Source: Catajapyx aquilonaris
Lineage: Eukaryota
Length of the DNA: 64,000 nucleotides
Reading direction: 5' to 3'
Assembly (NCBI GenBank): GCA_000934665.2
Contig: KZ538168.1
Coordinates: forward strand, 1 to 64,000
Positions 48,901 through 64,000 of this stretch are shown here, one piece after another; position 1 is the first letter of the stretch; every line of letters begins with the position of its first letter. The notes beneath the pieces were generated by a model. That model was not told the DNA's origin and ran no database searches. It saw only the letters and a list, made by a program, of their open reading frames with translations. Made by a program: the position numbers and the translations under genes.

Positions 48901-51900
48901 AAATGCTCAGTGTCACATCATGCCCATGAATCTATGCTTCAATTTGGGCAGGTTATATAGAAATGCCAGTGCAAATTTCTTTTAAACTTGTCCCAATACA
49001 CCTCTCCTATTGAACCTAATACCACCAGAAAGTTATGGCACATTCCAACTTTTATTACTTTGCACAACTACCCAAAGCTATACCCACATTTCACTGCATG
49101 AAATGAGGCATTAAAAAGTAGGACTACAGAGAGGCTTGGGATGCTCGCCATGTATGCACGACCTTGTAGGTCAAAAATAGGTCTAGTCACAGCTGTTACG
49201 CCACTGCATATAATCATAGAGTACCAACAAAAAAAAAGACCACACGTGCTCACACATACAACACAGCATGAAACTAAGGAAGTCCATGAAGTGTTTATCG
49301 ATACCACTTCAAGGATCTCAACAGTCATTCATGTTCCAAACGTTCCCTTACGCCATGATAAATTTCACAATACCGTATAAATAAAACAATAGCAGACTAA
49401 CTGTAATAATGACAATCACAACTACAGTATAAATCTAAAATTCCTTCTAAAATGAATCCTTGACCACGCCCTTGCTCTTGTGTGTTTTAAGACTTTGAGG
49501 TATATTGTCACTTATCCAACATACCAAAAAAGATGTGATGTCACAGCCACAATGACTGTTTTTAGGTTTCTAAAATCAATTTTGAACCACACATTCTTAT
49601 ATGCAGCTCCTTAAAGTCCAAGCTAGCACTTAATTTGTCCTGATTTGGAACTGAATCAAGCTTAACTGCATAAAACCAGCCTAAAGGCAAGTTGCATCAA
49701 CTCAAAGTGACAGAAAATATCTGATTATGTGTAGTGAATGCCTATGCATAATGAGAAATATTCCCTTAATTCCCCCATAAGTTCACACAAATGGTCCTTA
49801 ATCTATTTACGCAGTTTCAGAATTTAGTTCACATTCATATCTGTGGAAATATCAAGGATGTTCCTGCATTTTATTAACTCTTCAGCCAATGTGCACTCGG
49901 AAAATATGAACCAGACAGAAGAACGGAAGAAAGCACCCACACACAGCTCACCTCTCCCCCTGACATTTCCCTCTGGGGGCACCAACAGGACTTGTGGGTG
50001 TATGAGGTATTTCTGCTGTTATGTGAACTAGATTCTGAAACATAGTATTTTGGAGACTAGTCTGGGAGCATTCCAGGTCTTCCATGCATTCCAAGTGATT
50101 TATATTTCTCTATGCGCTTGAGGAACTTGAGAAATGGAATTTTAAAAATGCCAGTAGTACAGTGCTGGCCATATACCGAGGCAACCGCCAGCGACATTTT
50201 CCCGAAGCGGCAGAAGAAGGAATCGAAGATAAGCATGCTACAAGCCGGGCGAGCAAGATTCCTTCTTCTGCCGCTTCGGAAAAATGTCGCTGGCGGTTGC
50301 CTCGATATATGGCCAGCACTGTACATATGCGAGATGAATGAAAATGCAGTAATACTAAAGTCTCAAATATTTCTTGCATCTATGTACTGGGGTATGTTGT
50401 AGGTGCAGCACTACAGTAATTTCAAACCCTTCAATGGATATGCCTGCATTGTGCACATTTGAAATAAAGTGAACTGCAGATTTTGAACACTAATATTTTA
50501 TTTTCCAATGTGACAGCAGGATCAATGCAAGAATAAGGTACAGTAACCAAGTGGACTGACCGCAGGCTAATTCTATTCCACTTGCTTCCTATGACAATTC
50601 AGTCCAATAACCCTCCCAGGACTTTTTGCTGGCTCCCCTTACAAGAGGGCACCTACTTATCTCCCCTACTTGCTGACAATTCAGCTTATCTCATCTCCCT
50701 TAGTCTATAAACCCCAAATCTCAATGCCACTTGTAGTCCTCTGTGTGCACTGTGCACCCCTTCTTCAAACCCTCTTCCCCTCAATACAGTTCAGCCATTC
50801 TTCCCAACACACACATCCACATTCTATATATTCCCATCTTTCTTACCCTTACTTATTCCTTAGTATGCAATAAAGCATTAACAGCAAATGCAAATTATTC
50901 AGTGGAATAATACCAGAATTCATTGGCAGGTGCACCTGATCCAAAATGAGATATGGAAAAATGTTTTACCTTGACCAGACTCCCAGCTGTGATCTCATGG
51001 TACATGAGCCCAAATGGGTTGAGCAGAAAATGCTCATCGGCCCCCTTCATCCTCAGAGTAATGTGGTTGTAAACACCCTGCGACCATCCGTGCAGGTCCA
51101 CCAGTCTGTACGCAGCTGCCAGCTTGCACCGTTGTATCTTTTCCCCTTTCACATATGGGCCAAGACCCTCTGGCACACGAATGTCGTTGATGGGGATAAC
51201 ACACCCACGGGACCAACTCCCCCCACTCCCACCTCCTCCACCACCACCTCCAGCTCCTCCACTTCCCCCTCCTCCACCTCGCAAGGTAGAGGCGCCCATC
51301 ATCTCGGACAGCTGCTGAAGAAGGCCACTGGGGCCACCACCTTCCCGCAACTGGTGCTCTATAATGCGCTCCAGCTCGTCACGGAACGCTTTGCTATTCA
51401 TTATCATGTCCACACGCTTGCGGCGTTCCATCTCACGCACATCCTATGATTGTCGGAAGAAATCCCAATAAAAAAGAAATGATCAGTAAATGCTCACGAG
51501 AAAAATAAATCCTCAATGTAAGAAATGGATTGCCTGTCCCTCGCATTACCATCTTAATATTTGAATATCCAGGAAAAACAAGCAATACGCCTCCATCAAA
51601 AACATGATATTTTTTACACAATTATTGGTATTAGTTCTTGTGTTAATAGCATGTGCATAACATGTTAATTTAACTCCCATGTAAATGTTGATGGTCTATT
51701 TGCCACAGAACTTCAAGTGGCCGCTGATTTTGAATAAGTGGTTTTGAACCTTATAAAACTGTTCCAAGTTCACTTTAAAAGGGAGAGAGAAAAACAAACA
51801 ACAGACAGCTTCACTTGGAAACTGCAATGGATAATTGAGAGCCTAAAATTATACATCACATATTGCAAAAAATAAAATAAAATGGCATTGCTGGTACAGT

Positions 51901-53709
51901 CCCGTTCATAAAGAATGGTACAACTCTATGGACGACATGTTTATTCTGACTATCCAGCATTATTCCCAACCTGATTTCGTCGCGACACTATGGACAACTT
52001 AGATCTCTGGCGACCCGTATGACCCCCCTCCCGACTTTTTCCGAAATTTTTTATTACCAAAATGTTCAACCTGGTACAATGCTTACATAGATTTTAGATG
52101 AATTAACTGATGTTTTTCTCTTTTTTTCTTGATTTTAACTGCCTTTTCCCAGCCTTCCTCATGACCCCTAAAAACATGCTGGTGACCCAGGGGTTGGGAA
52201 CAGAATAAACATTTTGTCCATAGAGCCATACCATTCTTTATGAGCGGTACTATACTTCAATGCAGGCCATTAAGGTGTATATTGCATTCCAGATAATAAG
52301 GAACATCATGCATTATAATTCATGTTGCCTTGAGTTCAGGCATTTGTCTGCCTACCCACATGTGGCAGATCAAGCAGTTCAAGGTGTCAAGTGTTCTGGC
52401 TAAATCATCCAATCCAGGGCCAAAACCAGGAACAACTGTCTGCAACTAACTGATTTGGATCGTGTGACCAAGAGAATTGTTACAGCTGCATTGTCAGTTA
52501 TTTCTCTCATCAAGGGGGTTCTGCTGCATTTCAATTCAGTACATTGGTGCCTGAGTGCAAATGGTTTCTATGGCTCCAGACAGTAGGATCATGCCTCTGC
52601 AGTAACTTTTATAATCCTTGGTAAATATCAGACATCAATGAAGTGTGACAGCTTCATTAGCATCTCTCTGAACATTTATTCCGTTAATAATATGTGGGAT
52701 TGAAAATCACAACTATCATCATATTCATTGTAGCATCAGCTTTTATCCCTTTTGAGCCTAGATTATGAAGAATTATTTCGGTGGATTGGATGAGTCACTT
52801 TGAAGTTCATCTCCTATAAATGACAACTTAACATTGAAGGTACAGGGTGATTCATAATACTTCCCAATACAGAGCTGCCTATTCATCGCTGCTCACTGCT
52901 TTCTTCCATATTATAGCTGCAGTCTGATAGCTGCTAGGTTAAGGGCCAGACTTGCAGGATGGGAAGTTCAAAAATAGCAATGAGTAACTGGCTAATATCT
53001 CTTGATCCTCCAAATGGGTTTTGCAGAGTGGAACATCATAATCTATCCTAGTTCCTTGATGGCGCAGAAGGCTCATTCATATGAACAAGACATTATATTT
53101 CAGGGAAACTGCAACATCTTGATGATTTTTACACATAATGGAATGAATGTCCGACAGATTAGCTTATGCAAATGAAAAAAGCTGACGAGATTTCAGCACA
53201 AGCTGTGCAATTTTTACTATCTGCTCCCTCTCATCCTGCAAAATGACAGCTCTGGCACATGCAATCCACCTTCCTCCAGTTGGCATTTACTTGCAGGTGA
53301 CAAAATACTCTGATCCAAAGGTACAAAGTTTGCATGCCAGTTGGTACTGCATTTTAAAATGGCTAAACCCAGCATTTCAAAATTATGCACTATATGTAGA
53401 CTTACATCTGGAGTGCAAACTGTGAACCTGGACAAAAAATTTAAGATTCGACCTCTGCAAAGATTCCTTTTGCATACATGATACAACCAAAACAGCATGT
53501 TTTTGGTACATTATTTCTACAGCGCAAGTGGTACAAATTACATCGTCACGGTTGACAGTGCATAACTGCGTACCTCTAAAGAGCCCCTTCCCTTCAATAC
53601 TCACAGCATCAATATCGGCAGGTCTCATCTTGGCCCTCTCCTCGTCATCCAGCCCATTGACAGGCCCATTTGCCTCGGCCTCCGTTGCCTCCGGAGCCTC
53701 GTCTGCCAT
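39978..53709 (-). CDS. hts: Adducin (hu li tai shao orthologue), up to ~793 aa
   Basis: Exons 53709..53605, 51443..50970, 48171..47785, 47474..47104, 46013..45890, 45363..45253, 43948..43660, 42402..42280, 42022..41948, 41490..41431, 41206..41129, 40867..40812, 40106..39978. RPADIDADVREMERRKRV, class II aldolase-like head (YNHITLR, HFLLNPFG, LRNHG), RWLNSPNVYQKV, AGPQSHVL, MARCKS-like tail KKEKKKRKGLKTPSFLKKKKEKKK. Confidence 0.92.
42866..42952. repeat. Perfect 87-bp palindrome (42-bp arms, 3-nt loop)
   Basis: TAAGGTGAAGTGGGGGAAGTGCACACCCGGGGTAAGTGCACA-TAT-TGTGCACTTACCCCGGGTGTGCACTTCCCCCACTTCACCTTA. Confidence 0.9.
44367..44612. repeat. Imperfect inverted repeat (~105-bp arms) in an adducin intron
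   Basis: AACGGAAATCTGC..GAACCTCA..CATGGAAATGCCCTCACA mirrored by TGTGAGGGCATTTCCATG..TGAGGTTC..GCAGATTTCCGTT. Confidence 0.8.
50157..50324. repeat. Near-perfect inverted repeat (~67-bp arms), probable MITE
   Basis: GTACAGTGCTGGCCATATA..GCGGCAGAAGAAGGAATC ... GATTCCTTCTTCTGCCGC..TATATGGCCAGCACTGTAC. Confidence 0.8.
51897..52252. mobile_element. Tc1/mariner-type MITE with an internal hAT-like fragment
   Basis: TA|CAGTCCCGTTCATAAAGAATGGTA..CTATGGAC ... GTCCATAG..TACCATTCTTTATGAGCGG; inner TTCCCAACC ... GGTTGGGAA. Confidence 0.62.
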
Positions 53710-56700
53710 GTCCTCTCAGTAAAAAGCGTGCAACACTCAAGTCCTGGTCACCGATCCACCTGCCAGGTAAAGAAGAGACACTAGGGTGTGGTCCCCCATC
53801 TCCCTTGCAAGGACCCCCTTAATTCTGGGATATATCAATCCCCCCTACTGGGCACACGGGGCAGACCCTTAATTGCCCTCGATTGGAACCTCAATCACCG
53901 CACCCTCCCTTTTTCCTGATTAATGAGTCTCCTCCACCAGGCAGAGAGAGGTCACCACACCCCACCTCCCAGAACACTCCCGATCCGCTCCACTTTTCCC
54001 TCTCCTCTCAATATATCCCACTGACTAATCCATTGGAAAATGACAATACCCTGCAATGGAATAGCTGGGGACGGACGGGCAGATCAGACGACACTCCCTG
54101 ACTAGTCTACCCGACTCGTAGAAAAACTTTTTAAAGGCTGCCTATGGCCCGACAGAAGGGGGCGGGGGTAGACCAGGGGAGGAGGGGGGGATCCGGCAAA
54201 TGGGAGGCGGGCTAGGGAGGGCGGGAGGTCAGAACATTATACGGAGAGAGTGTGGAATTGAGAAAAAAAAGAGAGGCACCGACTCCTATCCTCGCAATAA
54301 AGTCCACTCCCACTCGCAGGACTCGAATTAAGGCACTACTTTCCAGGAGGGAGGCGGCGGAAGGCGGGGCGGATTAATACGATAGGAGGAAGAGCGGATG
54401 GGAAAGGGGGGGGGGGGGGGNATGCCAACGAGCCATCCCTTCAACCTGAGTGTGTAATAATACGGCGCTGTTACGCACGACGCTACTGGCCAATCGCGCT
54501 TTTGGACCTCGCCGACAGGTGTGGCCGGATAAGTGTGACGACCCGGAATTTCCCCGGTAAATTCACACCGTAAAATTTACCTCGCCTTTAATCCACAATT
54601 CACAACCTGCTTAACTTATAACCATGATTAACAAAATCGTAATTAGCTGCCAAACATGGGTACCATTATGGTGGAAAGTTCAGCGTTCAATAATTCGCCC
54701 ATCTTTGCATATAAAATGAAAAGTTCTACTCCGCTTAACATGTTGCGTAATAAATAACTTGTGGACTCAAGTTGACAAGGCTTTCGTGCTACAACGAGAC
54801 CTACGCCCTATTGTGGAGCCGTGTGGAGCGTAGAGGTTGTCTGGCAAATTAAATTGGGCTGGACTCTTGTTCCCAGCACATATTCTTATCACCGGCGTTA
54901 TTAAACTACCGGTGTTAGTTTATCTCCCGACACGTCACACCCCAGCCACCTACATCGATTTTTCAACCAAGAAGTCAATAACCGAACACGCCCAAATACG
55001 GTAATCCCCCCCCCCCCCAACCTCCTCCCTCCCTACCCCCTTCCTTCCGTGACATGGGGCGTCTAGGGCGTCACCAGCGTCTGTCACCCCACAAGCGGCG
55101 CCACATGCGGACCCGCAAAACTCACCTCTATTTCGGGATCTGCAGACCCGATTTCCCTTCCCTCTTTCGGTCTCGGCCCTCACTACACTGCCCGCAATCG
55201 CAATGGCAAAAAAGGTACAGCCCTTGGTACAGCCGCCGTTTCAGCGGCGGGTTGATACAACGCACCGGTCGAGAGATAACCGCAATCGGCGTGAAGGCCC
55301 CTCGACGCTCCAATCACGCGTCCCGACTCTTCAGATGCCGTATCTCCAATTCGCCCCCCCTCCGCCCCCNTCCCCCCCCTCACACACACACACACACATT
55401 TCTCAAGTCTAAATGCAGCGTTGGCATCACACTTCCTCTTATCTGAATTTTCTCTGATTATTATGTCACACTATACCTTCACTTAGTTTTGCACACGTTG
55501 TCCTTCCCCTACTGCCTTGTGATGCAGTGATGGGCAAGGTCAGATGTGGCTGGGAATGAATTGAATTAATCAACTCATACGCCTCTGCATCATCTAGCCT
55601 CTTTGCATTCTTGCCCTCATAACACCATTGCGCAATATACATAGACTGAGTGGGGGGTGGTGGACAGTTGGTTGTGACGTGATGCAATGCGATTGAGTCG
55701 TTAATAGGTCACTCACCTGAGTCTCTGGTGGAGCAGGGCAAGGCACACCGTGCAGTCAGATTCATGCTCAATAATGGGTGAATTGCACTTGGAAAGGCAC
55801 AGGCACAAATGAATGGGTCATCCACGTAGAACCTCAACATCAATACACATCATCAGTAGCAAAAATGCAGGTTTTCAAAAGAATCCAGAATGTCATCATA
55901 TAATTTTGTGAGACTGGGAAATGAACCCTTTCCCCAGGAAAAAGCCAGTGTTTTCCTGGGCCATTACAACACTAGCCTTCATGAAACTGCACTAGAATTT
56001 AGACAGATCAACTCTCTCATCATGCATTCCACACAGCTGGCAGTTGGACCAACTTCATATCTACCAATCTGGTAGATTCCTCAGGGTGTATTTATGACAG
56101 TGCGCAGTATGGAAAGGCGTGCCCAGTGTGTTCCAGAAATCGAATATCTGCAGGAGATTTTGATATATTCACTTTATATTAGCCGACCATTTTAGCTTTG
56201 CAAAGTCGCAATGTAGGGACCTAGTGACTTCATACCACAGAACATCCTAATTAAGTCTGATCTGACCTACGAAGCATTGAAATCCCTATCCTCTGCATCA
56301 GGAAATAGGTTGTAGGCCTGCTTCATCATACACAGGTTTTGAGTTATCTGAGTTCATGTCAGTGTAGTAGTTCTACTGTCCTTCCTTGCAGTATAAGATT
56401 TATTTTATTATTATTATTTTTAAATCCAGTGGCTGTTCTCCTTACTGTTCTCCTGGTTCCACCCCCCCACTCCCCTCCCCCCTCCCCCCTCCCAACCCAT
56501 CTCCAATGGTCTCATAATTTGGACACCTGAATGCCCAATATATTATGAACTGCAATGCCAATTTTGTAATGCATGCAAACATAGTCAATGATGGAAAGCT
56601 ACCTGAAAGCTACACTTGTCATTCAAAGAACATGTTCTGAGGAACTCTAAATGATTTAACACTAGAGTGTATGTAGTCTCTCTTTTATATCTTCACATTC

Positions 56701-57274
56701 AGGTTGTTAACCATAAAGTACCATAGCACCATTGCAACCCTTTGCATAATATGTTAGCCAGCCACACACATATGCCTTCAGCAATTTGGACACGCAGCAA
56801 TACTGTAATTTTAATCGACCACGAAAAGGTAGTCAAAACATCTCTGGTCAGCCATGGTAGGGGAGTGCAATTATTTCATGATGTCAACAATATCAACTGC
56901 GTTAGTGTGACATTTATATGGTATTAAGTATGGCAGTTAGCTAAATAATCTTTAAATTGGACTTCACTAGGAAGGATGTTACTCTCCCCACTTTTCTGAC
57001 ACAATCAAACAAACACAATAAATTATTGTAAGATTAAGTTTCCCAAAATGCCAAGATTAAACTAAACTGGAATATAGTATTGCACTATCACTGGATGGAC
57101 CTCAACACTGTGGAAGAACTAAACCGCAATGAAACAAAAAATTAATCACTGGGAACCAGCTGCGGAGCACAACAATCCACCCAACTCCTGACCGTAACAT
57201 GCCTTGTAATATACTCCCCTGCGGCATATCTCTTTTGTACATTTATGAACACGTTCAGGATTGGGGTACAAGCC

Positions 57275-64000
<6,726 letters not shown>

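Noticed and set aside
54405..54421. Poly-G tract as a functional G-quadruplex
   Set aside because: It abuts an N, so length and context are unreliable (likewise the poly-C near 55370).

Overview
Eukaryotic genomic DNA, not prokaryotic: gene-dense and most likely arthropod, with many short GT-AG introns. I assembled 12 spliced protein-coding genes by hand and checked reading phase across every junction. In order: the 3' end of a SLP-76/BLNK-type SH2 adaptor (+); a DH-PH RhoGEF / Pro-rich / SH2 gene whose last two exons duplicate those of that adaptor (+); NHP2 (-); WDR11 (+, 15 coding exons, last intron a minor-spliceosome AT-AC intron); a secreted LRR gene nested antisense in WDR11 intron 5; ZNF830 (-); MRPS18C (+); a divergent, short Nup85-like gene (-); SFXN2 (-); PWWP2 (+); adducin/hts (-); and the 3' part of CCDC186 (-). 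Introns carry many non-autonomous DNA transposons (MITE/foldback types) and tRNA-derived SINEs, several nested. Most interesting: (1) the RhoGEF fused to a SLP-76/BLNK-like adaptor module, apparently built by tandem duplication and exon shuffling; (2) the U12 AT-AC intron; (3) the nested LRR gene; (4) apparent deep macrosynteny with human 10q24-26 and the chr4/5/10 paralogon. Family assignments come from recalled motifs; no database searches were run.
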